From a virus: a DNA stretch of 41,272 bases. The stretch lies in IMG/VR virus record IMGVR_UViG_3300020215_000038, positions 1 through 41,272 of that record. The stretch is one strand, 5' to 3'. Below the pieces are notes generated by a model, which was given only the letters and a program-made list of their open reading frames with translations, had not been told where the DNA came from and did not search any database. Both the position numbers and the translations under genes were made by a program. Every line of letters starts with the position of its first letter. Position 1 is the stretch's first letter. Shown here in pieces: positions 23,179 through 29,531 of the stretch.

Positions 23179-24096
23179 ATGCAGAACGACCCGATTTCGC
23201 TCTATCTTTCATTCCTTTCGTCCATTCGCCGCCTAAGCCCCGACGGCGTCCGCAAGAACCGCCTAGCGCTCGGCCGGATGCAGGCCCGGCTCGGCAAGCC
23301 CCTCCTCGAAATCCGCGTCGGCGCCGAGATCACGCAAGCCATCATCGAAGAATCAAAGGTCCGGCGCACCGACTGGAACGGCGGCTATAAAGACGACGGC
23401 CTCCACTTCTGCCACCACCTCGGGGGCCGCATGGTCCGCTTCTACGCCTGGGCCTTCCACGACGGCCTGATCGACAGGAACCCGTATCCGAAGAATCCCT
23501 TCCCGCAGCCGCCGAGGAGGGAAGCCAAATACCTCACCGACGAGCAAATCAAAATCCTTTATTCTTGCGACGCGCTCGAGCTGCGCGACTTCGTCCTGCT
23601 GCGCTTCTTTCTTGATACCGGCCTCCGCGTGGGCCAAGTCGTCGACGTGAAGGTCGAGGACATCGACTTCACCGAGCGCACCGTAAAGGTCTATATCCCC
23701 AAGGTCGACAAGTTCCACCGAGCGCCGTTCACCGAGATCACGCGGCGCTACCTTCTGGATTACCTCGAAATCCGCGGCATCACGACGGGCTATGTTTTCT
23801 CGAATCGTTGGAAAGAGAAGATCACGACGAACGCGATCCGCGACCGCTTTCATGCGATCTCGAAAAAAGTCGGCTTCCGCGTGACGCCGCACATGAAGCG
23901 CCACACCGCCGTCACGATGTGGGTCGAAACGCTCGGCCAAATCCCCGCGATGCAGTTCGCCGGCCACTCGGACCCGGGGATGACGAATCACTACACGCAC
24001 CTGACAGGCAAAAAGAAGGTGAAGATGCAAGAGGCCGTATATAAAGAGAAGGCCCTGGCGCTACAGGGGGCGGGATTTGAGGATAGGAAAAATTAA
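23179..24096 (+). CDS. int: Tyrosine site-specific integrase
   Basis: 305 aa; box I TGLRVGQVVDV, HMKRHTAVT (HxxR), AGHSDPGMTNHYTH with catalytic Tyr context. Confidence 0.9.
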   Translation: MQNDPISLYLSFLSSIRRLSPDGVRKNRLALGRMQARLGKPLLEIRVGAEITQAIIEESKVRRTDWNGGYKDDGLHFCHHLGGRMVRFYAWAFHDGLIDRNPYPKNPFPQPPRREAKYLTDEQIKILYSCDALELRDFVLLRFFLDTGLRVGQVVDVKVEDIDFTERTVKVYIPKVDKFHRAPFTEITRRYLLDYLEIRGITTGYVFSNRWKEKITTNAIRDRFHAISKKVGFRVTPHMKRHTAVTMWVETLGQIPAMQFAGHSDPGMTNHYTHLTGKKKVKMQEAVYKEKALALQGAGFEDRKN

Positions 24097-24106
24097 AAAA
24101 TAGGGG

Positions 24107-24135
24107 TTGACAACAAATGATACATAGTATATATT
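24107..24135 (+). promoter_or_regulatory. Near-consensus sigma70 promoter TTGACA-17-TATATT; would give a leaderless RHH mRNA
   Basis: TTGACA 24107-24112, TATATT 24130-24135; ATG at 24142 is 7 nt after the -10, with no SD in between; overlaps palindrome ATAC-ATA-GTAT. Confidence 0.55.
24120..24135 (+). promoter_or_regulatory. 16-mer atacatagtatatatt (operator/promoter element, copy at early promoter)
   Basis: 15/16 identical to 40003-40018; contains the ATAC-N3-GTAT inverted repeat and the -10. Confidence 0.45.
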
Positions 24136-24141
24136 TGGTAC

Positions 24142-24291
24142 ATGGCATCGACGATCAATCTAAGAGAAGTCCCGGAGGACGTGAAGGCCGAGTTTAAGGC
24201 GGCCTGCGCTCGCCGTGGGGTCACGATGCAAGCGCGTCTTATCGAGCTTATGCGAAAAGACGCTATTGACAACACGAAGCGGCAGAAGTAA
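24142..24291 (+). CDS. 49-aa ribbon-helix-helix (Arc/CopG/MetJ-like) DNA-binding protein
   Basis: Not in ORF track; MASTINLREVPEDVKAEFKAACARRGVTMQARLIELMRKDAIDNTKRQK = beta strand plus two helices typical of RHH. Confidence 0.65.
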   Translation: MASTINLREVPEDVKAEFKAACARRGVTMQARLIELMRKDAIDNTKRQK

Positions 24292-24294
24292 AGT
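24266..24294 (+). promoter_or_regulatory. Second promoter candidate TTGACA-17-TAAAGT inside the 3' end of the RHH gene
   Basis: 9-mer ttgacaaca repeated at 24107-24115 and 24266-24274; -10-like taaagt 24289-24294. Confidence 0.3.
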
Positions 24295-24300
24295 GATCGG

Positions 24301-24559
24301 CGTGAAGAATCGCAAACAGGGCAAACTGAACAAACCTTTCGCCTTTGCCGGGCGGGGGATGCAATTCTGCAAAAGGCCTGCCCTGGCCTGCGGTTCTCTT
24401 CCGTCCGGTCTGTTTCAATCCCGTCAGGGCTCTTTCGGCCTCCTTACTTCCTAGCCTTCCCGGTGGTGGCCTCTGGCCTGCCCACCAGTTTGAAGTAGGA
24501 AGCTAACGGAAGACCAAAGAGCCCTGATGGGACCGAAAGGTCCTGTCAGGGCTTTTTTT
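24301..24559 (+). ncRNA. Candidate ~260-nt structured RNA / attenuator leader (long imperfect hairpin 24420-24531 competing with terminator T1)
   Basis: 16-bp helix 24420-24435/24516-24531; nt 24522-24531 alternatively pair in T1; no credible ORF. Confidence 0.45.
24522..24559 (+). terminator. Intrinsic terminator T1 (13-bp stem, GAAA loop, T7)
   Basis: ccctgatgggacc / gaaa / ggtcctgtcaggg then c + ttttttt (24553-24559). Confidence 0.8.
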
Positions 24560-24561
24560 AC

Positions 24562-24595
24562 GCCCCGGCGCCCTTTCGGCGAACCGGGGCTTTTT
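24562..24595 (+). terminator. Intrinsic terminator T2 (gccccgg...ccggggc with inner cgcc/ggcg, T5)
   Basis: Stem 24562-24568/24584-24590, inner 24569-24572/24578-24581, ttttt 24591-24595, directly abutting ATG 24597. Confidence 0.7.
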
Positions 24596-24596
24596 A

Positions 24597-24935
24597 ATGC
24601 TCCAGAAAGGCAGAAGCGAAGTGGAAACAAAGCAAGAGGTTGCGAAGCACACGCCGGGGCCGTGGGAAGCAAGGCAACACGCGCACCGAGCGGATGGTAG
24701 CCATACATCGACGATTGTTTATCAGAAAGATCAATACTCACCGGTGGCCATCGTCGCCTGTCATGTAGAGCTAAACAACGCCGCCCTGATCGCCGCGGCG
24801 CCGGAGCTGTTGGGGGCGTTGAAGGACGCGAAGCGGTGGATTCAACAGGTGCGCGAACAGAACGACGACTACGCCGGAACCGAAATGCCGGAAAAGCTCG
24901 CCGATGTGATCGCCAAAGCCGAGGGCCGGTCATGA
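24597..24935 (+). CDS. Ead/Ea22-like early protein (HTPGPW ... NAALIAAAPELL motif)
   Basis: 112 aa; motif recalled from prophage Ead/Ea22-like proteins; start uncertain (no SD; GTG 24621 is an alternative). Confidence 0.55.
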   Translation: MLQKGRSEVETKQEVAKHTPGPWEARQHAHRADGSHTSTIVYQKDQYSPVAIVACHVELNNAALIAAAPELLGALKDAKRWIQQVREQNDDYAGTEMPEKLADVIAKAEGRS

Positions 24936-25204
24936 AAACCCTCGTCAAGCGCGGCCGCCCCATGAAGCGCGAGTCCATCGTCGAAGAGGCGCTCATGGAA
25001 ATCCAGTCCCTCGCCGACACCGGCATCCTCTACGCCAACACGCAGGTTCCGAACCCGGAACTCCGGAAGGCCGTCCGATCGATGTTTCACCGCATCGTCC
25101 GGAACGCCTTCGTGGCGCAGTCGGCCAACCGCGGGGAGAAGACCGCCACGCACGAATTCAACCGCCATATCGAGGAGCTCCTGGGCCATGAAGCTCTCAA
25201 TTAA
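24932..25204 (+). CDS. Hypothetical 90-aa early protein (KRGRP basic N-terminus)
   Basis: ATGA junction; internal ATG of track ORF 24836. Confidence 0.55.
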   Translation: MKTLVKRGRPMKRESIVEEALMEIQSLADTGILYANTQVPNPELRKAVRSMFHRIVRNAFVAQSANRGEKTATHEFNRHIEELLGHEALN

Positions 25205-25646
25205 CGCGGCCCTTCTGGCTCTCGCGGCCATCCTCGTCCTCGGCATGTTGGCCCTCGTCCTCATCTGGACCGAGGAGGCCGAAGCCGTCGAAATCAGCCT
25301 TCCGGCCATCGCGCAAATCGAAAGCTCGGGCCGGGATTTCGTCGTAGGCGACAACGGCCACGCCTTCGGGCGGTATCAGATCACCGCCCCCGTGATCCGC
25401 GAACACGGACGCTACACCGTCGCCGAAGCGAAAGCCTCTCCGGCCAAACAGGAGGAAATCGCGCGTTGGTATCTCGGAAAGCGCATCCCGGCCATGATAC
25501 GCGCCTACGGGAGGCCCGTGACGGTCCGGAATATCCTTGTGGCCTACAACGCCGGGATCGCCTACGTAAAAACGGGCAAGCCGCTTCCTAAGACAACGCG
25601 GGATTATCTCAAAAAGTATGAACGGCTGACGGGGGTGGCGTCATGA
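25188..25646 (+). CDS. Lytic transglycosylase (SLT domain) with N-terminal signal-anchor (SAR-endolysin-like)
   Basis: 152 aa; AALLALAAILVLGMLALVLIW then IAQIESSG (catalytic Glu-Ser), GRYQI, AYNAG. Confidence 0.8.
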   Translation: MKLSINAALLALAAILVLGMLALVLIWTEEAEAVEISLPAIAQIESSGRDFVVGDNGHAFGRYQITAPVIREHGRYTVAEAKASPAKQEEIARWYLGKRIPAMIRAYGRPVTVRNILVAYNAGIAYVKTGKPLPKTTRDYLKKYERLTGVAS

Positions 25647-25996
25647 GAAGAAGTCTGACCATCGAGCAAGTGATTGACGCTCTAAACAAAGGGGAAGTGC
25701 TGTCTATAGGCGAAGTATACGGCCCTGCCATGTATGTCGAGGACCAGGCCACCGCCGACCGCTACTTTGAAGCGCTCGTCCGGTCCTTGATGCGCTTGAA
25801 CCATTGGAAAAAGGAAAGGGCGATGGCCGTAGCCAAACAGAACCTGGGCTACTTCTCTGGCTACTACAACAATGACGTCATGGGCCGCGTTTACAAAACG
25901 TTCTGCTGCCATCACCCGATATTTGGGGATGCCCGGACCGTGACGCCCGCCGAGGCTTTCGCCAAAGGCTGTGAAAGAGGGGAGGCCTCCAAATGA
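25643..25996 (+). CDS. Hypothetical 117-aa protein
   Basis: ATGA junction; ORF track. Confidence 0.6.
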   Translation: MRRSLTIEQVIDALNKGEVLSIGEVYGPAMYVEDQATADRYFEALVRSLMRLNHWKKERAMAVAKQNLGYFSGYYNNDVMGRVYKTFCCHHPIFGDARTVTPAEAFAKGCERGEASK

Positions 25997-26121
25997 CCGG
26001 CGACAACTGGCCCGTCTTCCCGCCGTACCTCCACGGCCTGAACGACGCCGGTCTCATCTACCTTGCGGAAGTGAAGCCCGTCACAGTCGAGGAAGTCCAT
26101 TCAGCGAGGATCATAAAATGA
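25993..26121 (+). CDS. 42-aa microprotein
   Basis: ATGA junctions on both ends; not in track. Confidence 0.4.
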   Translation: MTGDNWPVFPPYLHGLNDAGLIYLAEVKPVTVEEVHSARIIK

Positions 26122-26336
26122 CCTTCTCTTGCGCCTGCGGCCAGGAATTCGACTGCTTCTCGGACCTGAAATATCACGTTTACGGCGCCACCGGCGGGGA
26201 AATCCGCTGCCTGGAAGCCCGGATCGCCGAAAACCCGGACGCTTGCCCCTGCTGCGGCTACGGCGACGGCCCCTGCGCCGAGCAACTGGCCGACGCGAAA
26301 GGCGACGCCGCCTATGACCGGGAGCATGGCCGATGA
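26118..26336 (+). CDS. Cys-rich 72-aa zinc-finger-like protein
   Basis: MTFSCACGQEFDC...CPCCGYGDGPC; ATGA junctions. Confidence 0.5.
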   Translation: MTFSCACGQEFDCFSDLKYHVYGATGGEIRCLEARIAENPDACPCCGYGDGPCAEQLADAKGDAAYDREHGR

Positions 26337-26446
26337 ATGCTTGCTGCGGACGCTCCGAGTGCGTCGAATGCTCCATCTGCGGTCGGTGCCTTGAGACGTG
26401 CATGATAAGCCCCTGCCCGCCGCTCCGCGAGGAAATGTTTGCATGA
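26333..26446 (+). CDS. Cys-rich 37-aa microprotein (9 Cys)
   Basis: MNACCGRSECVECSICGRCLETCMISPCPP...; ATGA junctions on both ends; not in track. Confidence 0.4.
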   Translation: MNACCGRSECVECSICGRCLETCMISPCPPLREEMFA

Positions 26447-27345
26447 CCAAGGCCCTCTGCCTCATCTGCGACGGCGAGGCGACGGTATCTGAATACGCGG
26501 GCAGGCCCGACGTAGCCGCCTGGGCGCTCAGGAATTTCAAGATTTGCAAGGCGCACGAAAAGGAGCTCGGCTCCATGACCAACGGAAGCAAGCCGTCTGA
26601 GATACGGCTAGAAGGAGAAACGGCGATGGAAGACCAGTCACGCGCGGTAGCGGTACAGGAAGAAAAAAGTCCCCAAGAAATGATCCGCTTCGCCGTCGAA
26701 CGCGGCGCGGACCTGGAAAAGCTTGAGAAGCTCCTCGCGCTTCAAGAGCGCTGGGAGGCCAACGAGGCCCGGAAGGCCTATAACCAAGCCATGACCGCGT
26801 TCAAGGCAAACCCGCCGAAAATCGAGAAGGACAAGAAGGTCGGATACGACTCGAAGCAGGGCGGCAAGGTTGGCTACTCTCACGCAACCCTTGGGAACGT
26901 GACGGAGAAAATCAGCGGCGAGCTTTCAAAGCACGGCCTTTCTGCCTCTTGGAAGACGAAACAGGAAGGCTCGAATATCTACGTGACATGCACCATCAAG
27001 CACGTCATGGGGCATTCCGAGGAGACGACGCTCTGCGCGGCCGCCGACGCAACGGGCTCCAAAAACCCGATCCAAGCCATCGGCTCTACCGTGACATATC
27101 TCGAGCGGTACACCCTTCTGGCTTTGACTGGCCTGGCCACGTACGACCAGGACGACGACGGCGCCGCCGCGGCGACGGAGTTCATCGACGACAAGCAGCT
27201 CAATCAGCTTCTTGACCTCATCGCCGACAAAGAAGTCGACATCCCGCGATTCCTCAAGTTCATGGAAGTCGAGTCGCTCGAAAAGATGCCGAAGGCCAAG
27301 TATCAGAAGGCCGTCAGCGCCTTGGAGGCGAAGAAGAAAAAATGA
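26443..27345 (+). CDS. erf: Erf-family single-strand annealing protein with N-terminal CxxC...CxxH extension
   Basis: GYSHATLGNVTEKISGELSKHGLS...HVMGHSEE...NPIQAIGSTVTYLERYTLLALTG pattern of ERF SSAPs; start ATG 26443 in ATGA junction. Confidence 0.75.
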   Translation: MTKALCLICDGEATVSEYAGRPDVAAWALRNFKICKAHEKELGSMTNGSKPSEIRLEGETAMEDQSRAVAVQEEKSPQEMIRFAVERGADLEKLEKLLALQERWEANEARKAYNQAMTAFKANPPKIEKDKKVGYDSKQGGKVGYSHATLGNVTEKISGELSKHGLSASWKTKQEGSNIYVTCTIKHVMGHSEETTLCAAADATGSKNPIQAIGSTVTYLERYTLLALTGLATYDQDDDGAAAATEFIDDKQLNQLLDLIADKEVDIPRFLKFMEVESLEKMPKAKYQKAVSALEAKKKK

Positions 27346-27947
27346 CGGTCCTCGACTGCGTCCAAGGGTCCGAGGAGTGGGTGGCCGCGCGTTGCGGCCT
27401 GCTCACCGCCTCGAACTTCGACAAGATCGTCACCGCCTCCGGGGAGCCGTCGAAGCAGCGCCAGAAGCTTCTGTATCAGCTTGCCGGCGAACGCCTCGTC
27501 GGAGCGCGTGAAAGCGCCTTCCAGAACGAGGCCATGCAGCGCGGCTCCGAACTTGAGGCCGAGGCCCGGGCGCTCTACGAAATGCTCACCGACAACACCG
27601 TCGTCGAAGTCGGGCTCTGCTATAAGGACGACCTTCGCCTTTGCGGATGCTCACCCGACGGCCTTGTCGGAGAGGATGGGGGCCTCGAGATCAAATGCCC
27701 GAGCCTTCCCGTCCACATCGAATACGTCCTCGGCGGGAAGCTTCCGACCGAGTACGTCCAACAGGTCCAAGGGAATCTCTACGTCACCGGGCGCAAGTGG
27801 TGGGATTTCATGAGCTACACGCCCGGCATCCGGCCTCTCGTTGTCCGCGTCGAACGCGACGAGAAGTTCATCGAAAAGCTCGACGCAGCGGTCAAGGCCT
27901 TCGCCGCGGAACTCGAGGCCACGGTGGAGAAGCTCAAAGCATGCTGA
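27342..27947 (+). CDS. YqaJ-like (lambda Exo-type) recombination exonuclease
   Basis: GSEEW..RCGLLTAS, SPDGLV, LEIKCP (D..ExK) motifs; adjacent to erf. Confidence 0.8.
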   Translation: MTVLDCVQGSEEWVAARCGLLTASNFDKIVTASGEPSKQRQKLLYQLAGERLVGARESAFQNEAMQRGSELEAEARALYEMLTDNTVVEVGLCYKDDLRLCGCSPDGLVGEDGGLEIKCPSLPVHIEYVLGGKLPTEYVQQVQGNLYVTGRKWWDFMSYTPGIRPLVVRVERDEKFIEKLDAAVKAFAAELEATVEKLKAC

Positions 27948-28135
27948 TTGAGAACATCTGCACGAAAAAGACCTACACGTCAAACGGCAAGGAAAAGACG
28001 CTCTGGCTGAACGTCGGAATCCTAAAGACCACCGGCGACGGCAAGCGCTACATCGAGCTCAATATGTTCCCCGGGACGCCGTTCTACGTCTTCGAGAAGA
28101 AGGAAAAGGAAAGCAACGGGGTCGACAACTTCTGA
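27941..28135 (+). CDS. Hypothetical 64-aa protein
   Basis: Internal ATG of track ORF; short overlap with upstream gene. Confidence 0.5.
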   Translation: MLIENICTKKTYTSNGKEKTLWLNVGILKTTGDGKRYIELNMFPGTPFYVFEKKEKESNGVDNF

Positions 28136-28560
28136 TGCCCAAAGTCGCCGCGAAGGTTCTCGCCACAAAGATGGAGGAGGGGAAGCTCCTTGCCAAGTGC
28201 CAGTTTAATGGCAAATGCCCCCGTCCAGGCGAGACCTTCACGGCGAAATGGGGCTCGACCCGGTCCCTCTCTCAGAACGCGCTCTATTGGCGCTACCTGA
28301 CCTATTTAATCGAGGACTGCGGCCTGAAAGACCAGGGCCACTTCAGCCCCGAGGCTCTGCACCTAGACCTCAAAACTCACATCCTCGCCGAGAAGCTTTT
28401 CGATAAGGGCCGATTCAAAGCCATCGAAGAAGCCACGACGACGGACCTGACAAAATCCGAATTTACCGAATACCTCCAGCGCGTCGATGAAGTCGTCCGC
28501 GAAATCTTCGACGTCGACACGTCCGATTTTTGGGAAAGCCTTGAGGAGCGAAAACTTTGA
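28135..28560 (+). CDS. ninB: NinB/Orf-family recombination mediator
   Basis: RSLSQNALYWRYL... and TTDLTKSEFTEYLQRVDEVV parallel lambda NinB RSLDQNRKLWA / TSRMRVGEFAELLELIQAF. Confidence 0.7.
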   Translation: MPKVAAKVLATKMEEGKLLAKCQFNGKCPRPGETFTAKWGSTRSLSQNALYWRYLTYLIEDCGLKDQGHFSPEALHLDLKTHILAEKLFDKGRFKAIEEATTTDLTKSEFTEYLQRVDEVVREIFDVDTSDFWESLEERKL

Positions 28561-29028
28561 AGCCGAGCGCGTATAGCCGTACATTCCGCAGCCCCGCCAG
28601 GCCGGATAACCAAAAGCCCGTGAAAGTCGGGGCCTCGGCTTCATCCACTATTCACCGGCGTCGTTTAAGCGCAAGACACGCGGATCTCGAGACGCGTATG
28701 CGGGACCAAGGGGCCCCGTCCTTGTCCGGAAGAGCGGACGGAACAGCCTCGCAACCCGCCGCCGGTGAATGCTCGATGCACAACGCGGCGCCCGGCGGCG
28801 TTCCATGCGCGCAATGCATGGCCGAGTACGTTCGGCAGGTGGCTGCTTAAAGCAAGTTTTGACGTGCGCGGCGTGGCGAGATGACACGCGTTGGAGGACG
28901 GGGCGTAATCGCCCAGAGCTGTACCAATACCTGAAGTGGCTAGTTTTGGGAGACCAACTGCACTAGGCCACAGGGTATCCGGGGCAGGACCGGACGCACG
29001 TCGCCTTTTATACACGAGGACAAGACGG
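28561..29028. other. ~470-bp region without convincing CDS, dense in GC hairpins (candidate large ncRNA or origin/regulatory region)
   Basis: Only mutually overlapping low-complexity ORFs on both strands. Helices 28561-28567/28634-28640, 28724-28739, 28757-28765/28792-28800, 28803-28821, 28822-28835 (UACG loop), 28901-28914, 28936-28971. Confidence 0.35.
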
Positions 29029-29229
29029 ATGAAAAACCCCGGAATCGCTGACAACGCCCTGCCCGGTTATAGCCTCCCCGCAGCCGTCACATCGCTTCGG
29101 ATGGTCGAAGGCCCTCTCGCAGGCGCACATGCCTGTATAAGTCACGCGGTTCTGAAGGAGGACGTAGGTTCGGTGCATAAAAAAATTTTATCACGAGGGC
29201 TTAATTTCGCTTGGATGGCTGCGGCATGA
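29029..29229 (+). CDS. Possible 66-aa protein (MKNPGIADNALPGY...)
   Basis: gagga 8 nt upstream; stop forms an ATGA junction with the next gene; weak. Confidence 0.3.
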   Translation: MKNPGIADNALPGYSLPAAVTSLRMVEGPLAGAHACISHAVLKEDVGSVHKKILSRGLNFAWMAAA

Positions 29230-29531
29230 AACTCGCCTATATCGCCGGCCCGTACCGTGCCAAGAATGGCCTCACCGTTCTCATGAACATCCGGTCCGCG
29301 GAGCTCGTCGCGATTCGCTATTGGCAAAAAGGGTATGCCGTGATCTGTCCGCATCTAAACACGGCTTTCTTTGATGGACTCGCGCCCGACTCGGTCTGGC
29401 TTGAAGGTGACCTCGAGATCGTGCGGCGTGTCGATGTCGTTGTGGCGATGAAGAACTACCTCGACTCCGCCGGCGCACGTGCCGAGATCGAACTGGCAAA
29501 GTCTCTGGGTAAGGAAATTATTTATGACTGA
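29226..29531 (+). CDS. Nucleoside 2-deoxyribosyltransferase-fold protein (DUF4406/DUF1937-like)
   Basis: MKLAYIAGPYRA...ICPH...GDLEIVRRVDVVVAM..YLDSAGARAEIELAKSLGKEIIY pattern. Confidence 0.55.
   Translation: MKLAYIAGPYRAKNGLTVLMNIRSAELVAIRYWQKGYAVICPHLNTAFFDGLAPDSVWLEGDLEIVRRVDVVVAMKNYLDSAGARAEIELAKSLGKEIIYD

Noticed and set aside
23353-24030. 225-aa minus-strand ORF inside the integrase gene, with similar antisense ORFs at 17600-18265, 24451-25026, 24869-25354 and 26058-26591
   Set aside because: All lie antisense to well-supported + strand genes, have low-complexity Arg/Ala/Gly/Pro-rich products, and lack start contexts.
28557-28966. Overlapping ORFs in the 28.6-29.0 kb gap (28557-28850 +, 28769-28966 +, 28648-28887 -, 28665-29054 -)
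   Set aside because: They are mutually exclusive, have Arg/Ser/Ala/Pro-rich products, non-ATG or context-less starts, and none of the coupling junctions typical of this genome. Only the 3' part of 28936-29229 (from ATG 29029) is kept, as a low-confidence CDS.
28620-29045. Short strings reminiscent of bacterial RNase P RNA conserved regions (gugaaagucggggcc, ggaagagcgg, aacagccucgcaacccgccg, ggcugcuuaaagc, gaugaaaaaccccgg)
   Set aside because: The order and spacing do not match the type-A architecture. No P3 hairpin lies between the would-be P2 and P4 strands, the P4 pairing is only about 6 bp, and no P1/P2 closing helices are found. These are likely chance matches in GC-rich sequence. cmscan with RNaseP_bact_a/b would be decisive.
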